From the NCBI GenBank assembly GCA_020184695.1, contig JAANOX010000275.1, forward strand, positions 195,173 through 259,172: 64,000 nt of DNA, written 5' to 3'. The stretch's first letter is position 1, and the number at the start of each line of letters is the position of its first letter. The notes beneath the pieces were generated by a model. That model was not told where the DNA came from, did no database searches, and saw only the letters and a list, made by a program, of their open reading frames with translations. Shown here piece after piece: positions 39,260 to 52,149 of this stretch. The position numbers and the translations under genes are program-made. This DNA comes from Histomonas meleagridis 2922-C6/04-290x. Taxonomy: Eukaryota > Protista > Parabasalia.

Positions 39260-40484
39260 AATTATCAATTTGAACAACAAATCCAAAAATTATTTGATTA
39301 TACTCAAGCTTTAAAAGATGAAAATTATAATGTTGTTTGGATAGATGATGAAGATAATAGATTTAAGAGTTTGTTAATAATGAATTCAATAATTAAAAAC
39401 TGTCCATTTGCAAATGATATTGTATTACTGGATGATACGGCATGTACTAATTATTTCGATTATTTATTCATTCCATTTTTAGTTTTTAACTAAAATAATA
39501 ATATACGCACACTTGAAGTTGGAATAATTATCAATATAGTATAAAAATGTTTTTGTGACATTTTACAATCACTAAAAATGTCAATATGTAATATTTGTAT
39601 TTTTATTGTTAATTGATTACGACGCCAAATTATTGCGATTAGAAAAATATATCCTGATTCGAATATAGTATTTTGCTGTTCACACATTTCACGCATTTTC
39701 GAAGACATAATGAAGAGAATTTATAAAATTCTCGATTTGTAATGGAAATTCATAAATAGAAGAATATCAGAAGATGATTATAGAAGTGAACTTGAAAACG
39801 AAATCAATAGAACTGGTTTCAAACATTTGAAAAATCCTTTAGATGATAATAAATACTATGCTCCATATCATCTGGAGAGTTTAGGACTTTGGAAACATTT
39901 TACAACTAATGGTGCTGAAGGTGAGCTTGGAAATCTAAAGAAATGGACAGATCACAGAATGCAACTTTTAGAATTATTTGTAAATGAATGTCTAATGTTA
40001 ATAAAGAAGCATATAAACTCAAAGTATAATCAATTGGATGTAAGTGTATACAATAATAAGAAACTTGGCATGTATACTGTAATAAAATTAAAAAAAAAAT
40101 TCCAAAAATGTAAAGATTTAATTGTTGCATCTGAAGATAAATATGAAAAAATCTTTCCAAATGCAAAAATAAAATTTAATGATTGTAATCGTGTCAGAAA
40201 TGATTTACCATTCCATATTGTATTTAATAAAAATGTACAGGGAGTTTATAAACTATCACCAAATTCAATTATCGAACATTCGAATCCAAAAATAATAACT
40301 CATTCAACAAATATTAGTGAATACATTAAGGAAGATATTATTAACATGATAAACATAGGTGTACCAAATTTTCATATTATACTTAGATCTAAAGAGAGTT
40401 AATTTTTAACTATATAGTGAAAAAATTGACTGCATGGTGACATGTCACCAGGAGACAGTCACCTGGTGACAACCAGTTAGGCCC
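39260..40484 (+). mobile_element. MULE remnant with right TIR ending ...cagttaggccc
   Basis: DIVLLDDTACTNYF and HFTTNGAEGE motifs. The terminal 60 bp is architecturally related to the TIR of 41052-43974. Confidence 0.72.
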
Positions 40485-40499
40485 TAATTAATGATTATT

Positions 40500-41051
40500 T
40501 TAATATTGTTTATTCATTTAAATTCTACGGTAATGTGAGACACCCTATAATTTCTTCATCTTGTTCAACCCATAGTAAATCATCTTAAATTAAGTCATTT
40601 AATAAAATTAATACTCAAACACAAAAGATTTGTAAAAAAGAAACCAAATTCAAGAAAAGTAATGTCTATTTTTCTTTAATTTAATCGATATATTAATTCA
40701 TATAGAAAAATATATTTTTGAGAATACATTTGTATTCTGATTCAAATTTGACTGTTATACGACATACGACATAACATAATTTAGATATCTGTTCGTTTCA
40801 AATAAAAATATTGTAGAGAAGAGAATATAAAGCAAAATACTTCATATAACTTTTACATTAGAGAACATTTTGAATGTCAATTTTTCAAATATGATTCGTA
40901 TTGAGTGACGGGTAGACACTTTACTAAATGAATAAGCATATAAATAGAATTTTCATAGTTGATATAGAATTATTATTACTTCGAAGCCATAAAAATATTA
41001 ATTAATAATTAATAAATTATGAATAATAAATTGCATTTGGTGAACAAATAT
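40500..41051 (-). mobile_element. Helitron Rep, downstream continuation of 43975-45350 (split by the MULE)
   Basis: Removing the MULE and one TSD copy rejoins the frame as ...ETGEHNICSPNAIYYS. Confidence 0.5.
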
Positions 41052-43974
41052 GGGTTTAATCAGATGTACCCCGGGGACTGTCCCCGGGGACATGTCCCCA
41101 GGTGTTCAATTTTTTAACACACACTGTGAAAATTCACGATGTTTTTAATTGCATTTTTTCATGATTTTCGAAAAAAAGAGTAAAAATTGAATATATCGGT
41201 AATACAAAAACTCAAAAATACGATTAAACCGAATTCAAAATTGACAAATTGATCCCCTACCCATGCTATTTTTGAAAAATTTTCAAACTTTTATTTTGAC
41301 TAAAATATTAAGATTAAGATATAACAATATATACAGTATAGAAAATTAAATCATGGACCTCACTTTAAAGGGTTCAAAAAATTGCTTAATTAAGTTAACA
41401 CAATAAAATTTCTTCGAAGTATCTTCTCGAATAAAATCAGCACTTTTAAATATTCCTATCAAAAAATTGATCATAAAAAAACTTACACAAACGAATGTAA
41501 AAATATGAGTTTATCTTAATATATTAGTAAAATGCATCATGAAAATTATATATGTGTTGATAAACCATAAAAAAAATTACAAGATTTAGTGTTATTTTTT
41601 GATATTGTTTGATAAAAATCCTTGGATTACAGAAAAAACTTATTAGTTTCATGTTTTTATTTTATTCGTGAATTATTGAATAATCTTCTCATTTTAGGTC
41701 TTCCCTTTTTTCTTCCTATTTTCTCTTTAACTTCTCCATATTGTGTTTTTTGTTTATACTTATCATATATTTAATTTAGATCCTTTTCAACTTCATTAAA
41801 AACATTTAAATTTTGTGATCCTATTGATGAAATTTTTTTATATATACTCATTAGTTTTTGATAAGAATTTATTGAATTTATTTTTGGCATTTTTTCTGAA
41901 GATTTGTCATTACATGCAAACGAAAAACCAAATTCATCAATAAATTCAATTGAATCACTAGAATCCTCTTCTTCCTCTTATTGTTCCTTTGGAACAAATT
42001 CTTGATCATCTTCTTCTTCGTATAAATAATCAGAAAATTTATCTATTTCATATTCTTCTGTTTCTTCTGGATATTCTGGATAATGTTCGTCTTCAGGCAT
42101 TTCGAGTGTTCCTAAGTGTTCTATATATTCAGGGTTTTCTTCAGTTTCATGTGATGCTATTTGTATTTCACTTAAATTTCCTATGAATCTTGAATTTATT
42201 AAATGAATAGGAAATGCATTACCTGTTATTTTGAATAAAGCTATTAAATGACAACAAGGTAATCCAGCATGTGCAGGATAATGGCATTCACAATCGAGAA
42301 AATTTGAATTAAATTCATTATTATTGTTATCAATAGCAATATAGTGATCATTATTAATGCGTTTGATATTAATTTGTAATAAAATCTGAATTTCAGCATC
42401 TATAATTGAACATTATTTTTTAGATATATCAAGTTTATAAACATCTATTAATGGATGATGAAAAGTAAAAGCGTTTTTTCGAATATTTTCTTCAAGATTT
42501 TTTTTTTTGATAAAATTTGATAGATATGTGATCACGGATCTCATAGAGATGCTTTATAGAATTTGTCAAATCTCTTTTAATCATACTATTATATGATTCA
42601 CCAAGTTGTGAAGAAGTATGATTAAAATGAAATACATTCGGTCTTAATGAGACCAAAAGTTTTGATCTAATTGGATATATATTGGTGTCAAAATAGTGAA
42701 TAATTTCAGGGAATTCCTTGTAAATATTATTTAAGGCTTCATTTGACTGAGCAGAAGAACGTGAATAAAAAAAATATTAAGTAACATTAAAAATCGTTCT
42801 CTATTTGGATGATTTTTCGATATCAAATTCTGGACTGTGGAAATTTTGTGTTTCAAGCATAAAAGATGACATAAATTCGGATATTCATCCATTGCTGAAC
42901 AAATACCAGGATCTTCATCACTTATTATGCATTTTAAGTTGGGTGCGATTGATAATATAATAAAAATCAATCAAAAATAAAATTCAAAATTCTTCGATGG
43001 AGAAAAAGCAACTCCCCCTGAAATTAATTCCATATTATTCCCTCGGAGTGAAATTGGTATTATTGTCCGATCACAAAAAATTGGCAATTGATGTACCATC
43101 GACGACTAAAAAATCACAATATTTGATTAAATTCTCTTTCTCTTCGTGTGTAACAGTATAAATATCTGCAATTAATCCATTTTTATCTTCAAATATATAA
43201 CAATCACCTTTTTCATACATGTATTGAGAAATCATTTCTGTTTCTGACTCATTTGTTTTTTCACTTTCAGATGAGAATTTTTTTATTTCTTCTCTTGTGA
43301 TTGAAATTGAATATTTTTGCTCAATATAATAAATTATATAATAATTTGGAATACCAATTTTCTTCATTGTTGCAATCTCTTCTTGCACTGAGTTGTCTAT
43401 TTGTTTTGGATTTTGAATCTCATGTAAATGTTTAAAATTAGAATTTTTTGATATAATATATATTCCACTGTTATTTTTGTTGAAAGTTAAACGAAAATCA
43501 CACCCTGTATTTCTCAAATTTTGTACATTTTTATGAGATTGATGCATAGTACAATAAAATCGTCGTAATCTATCCGAATGTTTTGAATCTTTTAGATTAA
43601 TATCGAATCCATTCCTATTTGCTAGTTCTTTAAGATAACAATTGAGATCTGACCCATTAGAAAAAGATAATTCGCTAAGTTGATCAAAGTTCATTCTTCA
43701 CAGAAAGTCCGACCAGGGAGCCGTTAATTATTAATTCCAAATCTAAATATGAATTCAAGAAATAATTTAATGAAAAATAATGAAAAATTAATATCTTAAT
43801 TCATATTTGGATCTTATATTTTATTTGAAATAGATGTTTTTATAATATAGTATGAGTAAAATCATAAAAAAATGCAATTAAAAACATCATGAATCTTCAC
43901 AGTGTGTGTTAAAAAATTGAACACCTAAGGACATGTCCCCGGGGACAGTCCCCGGGGTACATCTGATTAAACCC
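41052..43974 (-). mobile_element. Complete-ended MULE/MuDR element, 117-bp TIRs, 9-bp TSD aacaaatat, transposase disrupted
   Basis: TIRs start gggtttaatcagatgtacccc and have 5 mismatches in 117 bp. TSD at 41043-41051 and 43975-43983. VVDGT, IISDEDPG, LCLKH, SWIM CECHYPAHAGLPCCH and AT-hook KKGRPK. Confidence 0.95.
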
Positions 43975-45350
43975 AACAAATATTATGTTCTCCTGTTTCG
44001 ATAATGTGAACATGACAATGACCATTAAATCGAAGTAAAAAGAAAGGTGAATAATCCACTATGTAACGAGTTGTTATATCTTTTGGTAATAAAATTTCAC
44101 CCTCATCAGTTATATGTATTTCTTTGCGAATAGGGTTCGGAAATCCATACTTACAATTTGCTAAAGGATCATTTTCTCACATTCAGCAATATTACAATTA
44201 TGAAACATAGCTCCATTAACTAAATTGTGTAATTTAGGGGTTAAGTTGGAAATAATATCTTAAAAAACGTATTTGAAATAATATCAAGATAAGGTCTATT
44301 TTCCAACCATAAGAGAGCATGAACATGTGGAGCTCCACGTGCTTGAAATTTTGATCTCCACGTATAATTAATTACTTTCCCTAAATTCATATCACTAATT
44401 AAGCTCTGAAAACCATTTTTTTTCAAATTATCGATTACATCAAATAATCATTTTTTCAAGGTACCAGAATCGAATATCGATTTTATTAGAATATTGATGA
44501 ATTAATTTCATTTTCTGAAATTTCGCCTTCTTTTCATTCGCTAACTAAGGTGAAAATTAACATTAGGTCTGGATCCCCAAATTGCGAACACACCATTTAC
44601 CATTATCAATTGTTTTTGTTTTTAAATTATGATAAAACATGAATGAGCTTTTGCATAAGCATTAGATGTTTTTTCATCTATGACTTGCAAAAATATAACG
44701 TACTATGTGCAATGAACGTAATTAAATAATATTGTATATTATTTATTTTGTCCAAATAATGGAGGTTAGTATATTCGGCTTTCTTCCTGTCTGAGCAGTG
44801 ATATTTGCTGCTGCTGCAATCTATTAAATTCTGAGATCTCCTACATAGAATTTAGGCCATAATCTTATTCCTTGGAATATTTAACATAAAATTACTGAGA
44901 ATTCAATGATTAAAGATTTGTTCTGATGATATGTCAATAAAAAAATAACTGAAGATTAATATATCACTAAACGTCAAAATTTAATTCAATTTCATCATTC
45001 AAGACATCTTCATTATTTTCCTTGATGACATTCAACATTATAATCCATATTTGATAAAAAAAAATAAAATAGATACAAGAGGTCATTTTACGACATGCCG
45101 CTGAAGGTGGTCTTAGTTATTCGAAAAAGTGACAAATCATGAGTTGCTCCTACTAAAAGAAATTTAATCGATTTATACATAATTGAATTACAAATAATGA
45201 TGGAATATCGATGCAAATCAAAATACAATCAGTTGGACCAAAATTTAATGATAAGAAGAAGCTAGGATTATAAGCCATTAATAATATTTCAAAGAGGATG
45301 AAGAAATGTGAAAAATTAAATATTAACCACACATAAATGCAAGCATTGTA
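43975..45350 (-). mobile_element. Helitron Rep (HUH endonuclease) remnant
   Basis: FGDPDLMLIF (motif 1), KFQARGAPHVHALLWL (HUH motif 2), CKYGFP and GHCHVH. Confidence 0.85.
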
Positions 45351-45804
45351 CACAATCTGCATGTAATAAATTAGAAAAAGATTTACCATGCATTCACATG
45401 TGAATTAATAATATTAATTAAATACTTCATACAAAAAATGAAAATGATCCATTAATCAGAGAAAAATAAATTCAGGATGTAAGTATATACTTTTTTCATT
45501 ATATTTCTGAAGATAAACCATCAATAAATTTTACAATAACATCATAACCTAATAAAAAAAAAAAAAAATTGGAACTACAACTTTATCATGTCTAAAATGC
45601 AATCTTTAGTGAATGCAGCACGGTATATAATGCTGTCGTGACTGATTTTTGATTCAATAGTTCATATGATTCATAAGTTCAAAATGATCGACTTTTTCCA
45701 AATACATATGTAAATTTATTTAGATAGATATCTATCGGGTAATATGTTTTAATTACTCTGATTTCAATTACTATAATAATATCAAGTGCTGATATTTTTG
45801 GCTT

Positions 45805-45905
45805 ATCGTAAATCCAGGCCAAAAAAGTGCCCAACTTTTTGAATGGATCATATTAACTTTTTCATAACTAACCGTACCGATATAGGGCGAAAAAGTGACA
45901 GCAAT
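45805..45905 (+). repeat. Left arm of an inverted repeat pair (partner 51700-51785)
   Basis: atcgtaaatccaggccaaaaaagtgc matches the reverse complement of gtcacttttttgccctggatttacgat. Each arm carries a second agggc(g/a)aaaaagtg copy. Confidence 0.6.
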
Positions 45906-46523
45906 AATTTTCCATTCGATTTCTTAATTCAAAATTGAATTGCCGCGACAAATAAGGAAAACCCATTGAATAATTTTGGTTGTAAAATACATTTGAATGC
46001 ATTCAAATAATTTAATGTGTTAATACAATTTCTTGATGTAAAGTGTCAAAATATTTATGTCATCGTCGAATGTCATTATGCTCCGAGTATTTATGATCGA
46101 AAACTATTTTTCCATTCTCATCGAATTTTCAATGGTCGTGATCCCAGGGCAAAAAGTGTTATCCGAATCAATAGTAATAAATATTTTCTATTTGTATTTT
46201 TATGCCAACGAATTAAATATTGTCTTTTGATTGAGAATTTTGCACTTTTATTGATTTTCAAAAATAAATTATTTTGATAATTTATGCGAATCTATAATAG
46301 AGTTTGCTGTTTATGTTGTTGAGGTTTTTTAGAGTTCCATAAAACAAAATTAATGTTCACTAAGTTCTATTATTTATGATAATATTTTTTCATGGTGAAA
46401 CATTGCACACTTCAAATTTTTTTATACCCCAAAACTTGAACGTTTTATGGTATCTCTCAAAGCGTTGATTCACATTGGCTCAAACAAAAACACTCAAGTT
46501 TATATTAATCTATACAATCATAT

Positions 46524-46950
46524 TCATATCCAATCGTCCTCGGCCGCTTTCGCCATATCTTCGATGCTTCCACTGATCTCTTCGACAAGCTTTGTACTCG
46601 ACGTCGAGTGTGTCTTTGAATTCCATTTATGCCAATGACTCTTTCTTTTCCTTATTGCTCTGCACCAAGAAGACAACGATGCCGGCAACGATAGCCACAG
46701 CCGACTCGCAGACAATACCAGTCAAAGCTGGCGCCGTGATGCCGCCAGCGGATGGAGGGGAGGCCTGGAACACGACGGTGAAGAGTTGCGTGTAGAATCT
46801 GTAGTATGAAGAATACGCAACGACTCTGTGATCATAGACGAGCTCACTTCGAACGTTTGTAAGTGACGAGGTGACGACGGAAGAAGAAAGCGAATTTGTG
46901 TGCATGGCACATAGAGTTAGCGTGTACGTGAGCGACAAGGTGGCGTCGCT
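46524..46950 (-). pseudogene. Truncated, frameshifted surface-protein C-terminus (S/T-rich stalk, TM helix, acidic tail)
   Basis: LSLTYTLTLC..HTNSLS...VVAYSSYY.FYT..FTVV is paralogous to 47310-47897. TM IVCESAVAIVAGIVVFLV; the tail continues in another frame. Confidence 0.7.
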
Positions 46951-47309
46951 TCGAAACGATTCTATAAATGCTTTTTTTTTGTGTTACTTCATATTCAAAA
47001 TTTCTTTGGATGTAAAAACTGTATTCCCCAACATTACGTATTAAGTAAAATGTATGAGAGAAGAGTGATTTTAATCACGAGTCATAATTAAATATAGATG
47101 GAACTCGTTCCCAAAAATATCAATGGTTATTAAAAAATGTGAAAACTTCACGGTTTAAATCTAAACTTTATTATGTCATTCAAAACTCGCCCACACGATT
47201 GTGCTTTATATCAATTCAATATCAAACAGGAATCTAAATAACAAAAAAATAAAATAAAATCACAAAATAATAATCAAAATAGTAATGAGTTTATATAATG
47301 AAATGAAAA

Positions 47310-47897
47310 TTATATTTGATCGACGAATTTGTCTTCCTTGAAATCATCTGCAGATGAATCGACTTCGATGCTTGTGCTTGTCATCCCAATTGTGAAGGTG
47401 ATCCCAGTTTCGGAAACTTTTTCTTCAAAATTGGTTAAATCTTGTTCTTGTTCTTGATCGCTCCTCATTTGTTTATTGTTCCGAAAACGAATCAATACAA
47501 CGGCAAGCAGAGAGACTATAATGGCAGCAGCAACAGCAGCGCAAACCGAAGTGATAATTATCGCATTGTTGTCGCTCGCTTGTGACTCATTTGGATATAC
47601 GACAGTGAAGAAATTTGTGTAGTAGCTGTAGCACGAAGAATACACAACGACTGTGTGCTCGTGGTAGACGACCTCCGTCTGAATGTGAGTGAGCGACGTG
47701 CCAACAGCGGAAAGCGAAAATGAATTTGTTTGTGTATCACATATAGTTATTGTATGCGTGACTGACAGCGAATACGTCAATGTGAATGTAAATGATATTA
47801 TTGCATCACTTCGAAGCGATTCTGTGAATGTGTCTGATAGTATGAATGTATTTAATTCTATGAATGTGTTCGATTCTGTGAATGTGAGAGTTGGCAT
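47310..47897 (-). CDS. Orphan C-terminus of a Pmp/adhesin-like single-pass surface protein (FTES repeats, TM, acidic tail)
   Basis: TFTESNTF...SDTFTES repeats and TM AIIITSVCAAVAAAIIVSLLAVVLI followed by RFRNNK. No signal peptide; an in-frame stop lies about 11 codons upstream. Confidence 0.65.
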   Translation of the reverse strand: MPTLTFTESNTFIELNTFILSDTFTESLRSDAIISFTFTLTYSLSVTHTITICDTQTNSFSLSAVGTSLTHIQTEVVYHEHTVVVYSSCYSYYTNFFTVVYPNESQASDNNAIIITSVCAAVAAAIIVSLLAVVLIRFRNNKQMRSDQEQEQDLTNFEEKVSETGITFTIGMTSTSIEVDSSADDFKEDKFVDQI

Positions 47898-48759
47898 TGC
47901 TATTCTCGAGTTTCTAGAAAATTGAGTTGTTTAAGTTTGATCACTGATAAAAAAAAAAGAAAAGAACTATAAATAACGAATAAAATCAATTCACACTCAT
48001 GAATCGCAATCAATTGCTATAGTCAGCTAAAAAATTCATTCAAAACAAATATTGAAATGAATTTATATAAATATAAGTTGTGATTGTGCATTGATATTTT
48101 TTATTGCAAGTTCATCTAAATGTTTTCTTAAACCCCTATTTCAGTATGAAAATTTTGAAATTTAGAAAATAACACTCAAAGAAACAGTTAATGTAATGCT
48201 TATTGTTGCTCAAGCTTAACTTCTTGAAAAATTGGCAATATTATTAAAACAATTACTATTATGTATTTTATGAGCGTTTTGAAATTAAAATAAATAAATA
48301 TTAATGCAAGAGAATATTACTGAAATTAAAAATTATTGCAATATTCATCATGAGGTTTCCATTATTAGTTCAACATTATGAAGAGATGTTGTGATTGTCG
48401 AAACCAGATGCATAGACTTTCTAGATCAAAATTAAATATTATTATATTTGCTTAGTTATGTTGTTTTATTAATTTGAATATTATGAATCTTAAAACACAA
48501 CATTATTCAACGAGATATCGTATTGAAAATCTATTTTATAAATAATAACGAAAAACGTATGATATCTCTGTTTCTTATGTTAATTCATTAAAATATATTG
48601 TGAATACAAGAAATTTATATAATTTTTTAATTATATTCATTTAATATAATTTTTTATTTGTTTTTATTTTTCTCTTTTTCTTGTTCATATCTTATACGAT
48701 TTTTTATTAATTAATATATTATTATTTATGTGTATTTTCACTTAATTTCATTTTTATAG

Positions 48760-49140
48760 AGCAATCCTATCTATCTTTATTTTTTTTGTTTATCTTTTAT
48801 CATTTGTTTCGCTTTTTTATCATTCTTTTCTCATTTCATTTATCATCTTTTTTGCTTATCTTTCATCATTCTTTCTCTTTACTTTCATAATTCTTTCTGT
48901 TTATCTTTCATCATTCTTTTTATTTATCTTTCAGCATTCTTTTCTCTTTACTTTCATCATTCTTTGGGTTTATCTTTCATCATTCTTTTTGTTTATCTTT
49001 CGACATTCTTTTCTATTTACTTTCATTATTCTTTTTGTTTATCATTCAGCATTCTTTGCGTTTATCTTTCATCATTCTTTTTGCTTTTCTTTCAGCATTC
49101 TTTTCTATTTACTTTCATCATTCTTTTCTTTTTATTATTA
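48760..49140. repeat. Pyrimidine-rich ~21-bp minisatellite (gtttatctttcatcattcttt)
   Basis: Many degenerate tandem units. The hydrophobic ORFs at 48964 and 48989 are by-products of the repeat. Confidence 0.8.
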
Positions 49141-49362
49141 TTTCCCACTGCTTTATATGAGTCTAATTCTCTTATTATTATTTACATGTTGCTGAGTTAT
49201 GTCCTTCTTTCCCACATTTATGGCATCGATATGTTCTTTTTGTTTTATGTGCACCGCATTTTTTTTGGTGATCAACAAATAAAGATTGTTTTGTGATTGG
49301 TAGACCTCTCTGTGCAATAAATTCAGGCGATCCTGTGGAACATGTTTTTAAATTGTTAAATC

Positions 49363-51075
49363 CTATGAAAAGATTGTCAAATAATTTATGTATTTCTGGA
49401 TTTCTATTTGATCTGCTGCTATTGGAGATACCATATCCATAAGATTTGTATACTTATACATATTATAATTATTATTTACTTGCACGGTTTGAATTTCTGT
49501 TTCTTCTGTTTCATCAAAATGCTGTGTAAAATAAATGTCTGGAATATCTTCTTCTTTGACCAAAGGAAATAGACCAGCTTTATACCTATTAAACAATATG
49601 TGGCAACAAGGTAAACCAAATTCTGTTTTAACTTTACAATTACAATCTTCAGAATTAATACTATGTAATAATGGAGAAATCTGTACATATACTTTTATAA
49701 TATTATTCATTTTTTCGTATTCAGTATTTAGAATATTGAAACATAAATTACCAAGTTGCTTACCGTGATATAAATCTAAATTGATTTAAATTCTTATTGT
49801 TGCAATATTTTTTTTAATAAGCATTTCTGCATGTAATAAAAATGCATCAATGATATCTTTTAATGTAACAATTGTATGATCTATCCAATTTTTAATTGTA
49901 GAAAAATTTCCTTCTGCTAAATTCGAAGTATAATGATTTCTTAGTATATAATGAGCTAATATCTCCGGATCATAATACTAAAGATGTTTCAATAATGACT
50001 GCAAATGAGGTTTTTCTTTCATATTTTTTCGGATTTCATTATTAATCAGTGAAACGAAATCTGATGCTTTCATTTCTCCATGAAATAATTTTATTAGCGT
50101 TTGATATATTACTGAATTAACACCACAATGATCTGATACATTTCTCAATATATGAACTCTACAAAATACAATCTTTGGAGTTTTAAAAACATATTTAATT
50201 GCTTTTCTTTGAGATTCCAGTCGATCACATATAAATATTCTAAAATTAATATATTTGGAAAGAATAATTAAAAAATCAACAAAATCATTGAATGTTTTCC
50301 CCAATAAAATACCTAAAGCAATCATTTGAGCTTTGTCATTCTCGTCGTAGCAATAACATAAAATTATTGGATACCTGTACTTATTAGTACACATAGTATC
50401 GTCCATCACATAGATATCTTGTGCATAGGGTTTGAATATAATGGAGCTATTAATTAAAGTTAAATCATGGAATTCATCATCTTTTTTTTTGAAATGTCAC
50501 AATATACTTCTTACTCCATTCTTGAGATTCCGTTTCAAGTTGTTCGATTTCATTTATAAATGTTTTTGTCAAAGCATTTCGAATAGTTGTATAGTTGATT
50601 TGAAGAGATTGATAAATTCAAATTTTTTTTAATAAAATATGGCGAAGCATATTTAGAACGCAAATCATTAATTTCCTCTTTTTGTTTTGAAGTAATAAGG
50701 CAAAAAAAACTTTCAACGTATCTCTTATTCATAGAGTGATTGTGAATCCATTCACCAGAACAATTACATAGGATTGAATCTCTGAACTTCACACTGAAGT
50801 GGCTTGGGCAATCCTTGAACCTGCACTTATAACAAACATATGATGTAATGTCTCTTTTTTTGGACTCAACAATTGAATATGGACATCGATGGATCGCCAT
50901 TTGGTCTTTGATATCGATCTTGAAATCATCAAAAGCACTCATCCCAATTCTCCCTTCAATATAATCAATGAATTCAATGGGGGTGCCTTTTTTTATTTCC
51001 ATTTCTATCTGCAAATTTATAAATAAACGGTTTTATCCGGACGGTTATGTTGTTTTCCAATTTAACCTAACCCGT
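49363..51075 (-). mobile_element. MULE (FAR1-like) transposase, disrupted
   Basis: MMDDTMCTNKYRYP, FICDRLESQRKAI...FCRVHILRNV and SWIM CNCKVKTEFGLPCCH. A candidate terminus ...taacctaaccc lies at about 51073. Confidence 0.85.
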
Positions 51076-51699
51076 AACAAATGTAAAACCAAGAGTAGGA
51101 AATCAACAAATGTGATCGATACTTCATTGAAACGCAGACCTTTATAAAATCTGTTTAACCAGTGAATTTAAGTGGAAAAAATGGAATAATTAAAAAAATA
51201 GATATCAACAATTATTAGTTTGAAAAAACGAAAAAATGAGAGTTTTCGCTGGTCTTAAGGTCATTGCTGTTATTGTGTTTATAAAAAATGTGTTGTTTGA
51301 GTTTGATTACTGATCAATTATCAGAGAGAAAGAATATTAGGACATAGAATGAAACAAACCATTTAACACTTGTGCTTCGAAATCAATGATTGTGGTCGGA
51401 TGAAATGTTGGTGGACCTAAATTCAATATTCGAAAATGTCAAGACCATGACCAGTCCAAATGGCGAAATGGAGTAGTGATCATCTTCATATTGGCCCCCT
51501 TGAAAGGAAACACAAGATCAATCTTTGGTTGAACAACTTTCAGGAAGATGCATTGAGGCTCTGGCTTAAATAAACTTTTGGCGCCACGTTTATTTTGACA
51601 AAATCACGCGCCTTCTGATATTTTGCCACTGCTAGATAAAAATTCAATGGCTCACAGACGCATTTAATTTTTTTCTGAGATGATTGAGAGTGTTTTTTG

Positions 51700-51785
51700 G
51701 TTGGCACTTTTTTGCCCTGCGCATTATTGTTTTTCTCTCAAAAGTATTCAAAATGCTTGTCACTTTTTTGCCCTGGATTTACGAT
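51700..51785 (-). repeat. Right arm of the inverted repeat pair (partner 45805-45905)
   Basis: Two copies of cacttttttgccctg; the outer one extends to ...gatttacgat. Confidence 0.6.
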
Positions 51786-51901
51786 TTTCGATATTTTTAG
51801 TGTGACTATTAGCTATTAGTCTCATGCGTTATTCGTTTTGTTAAAATAAATTAATTAGTATAATATATCGTGTGCTAAATCATTAATATATATATAATGT
51901 T

Positions 51902-51961
51902 GTCGGGACGATCCCAGGGATTTCTGATCCCTGACCCTAGGGTCCCTGAGATCGTCCCGAC
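51902..51961. repeat. GC-rich branched hairpin
   Basis: 19-bp arms (18/19 complementary) enclose two alternative sub-hairpins. Confidence 0.85.
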
Positions 51962-52149
51962 CTTAGTAGTCAAAAAGCGACGGTTATTGTTTGGTCGCAT
52001 GGCAAACTTAATTTTCTATATATGCTTAAATCTGTGACTAAAAATTATTTCTGTATATCACAAAAAAATAAACGTCTTTCGCCTGAATTTGTTGACTGCA
52101 TTGATATATTATGAAAATTCAATTCGATTGGTCAAATTTTAAATATTAA

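Noticed and set aside
48964-49296. Hydrophobic ORFs as membrane proteins
   Set aside because: They are translations of a pyrimidine-rich minisatellite.
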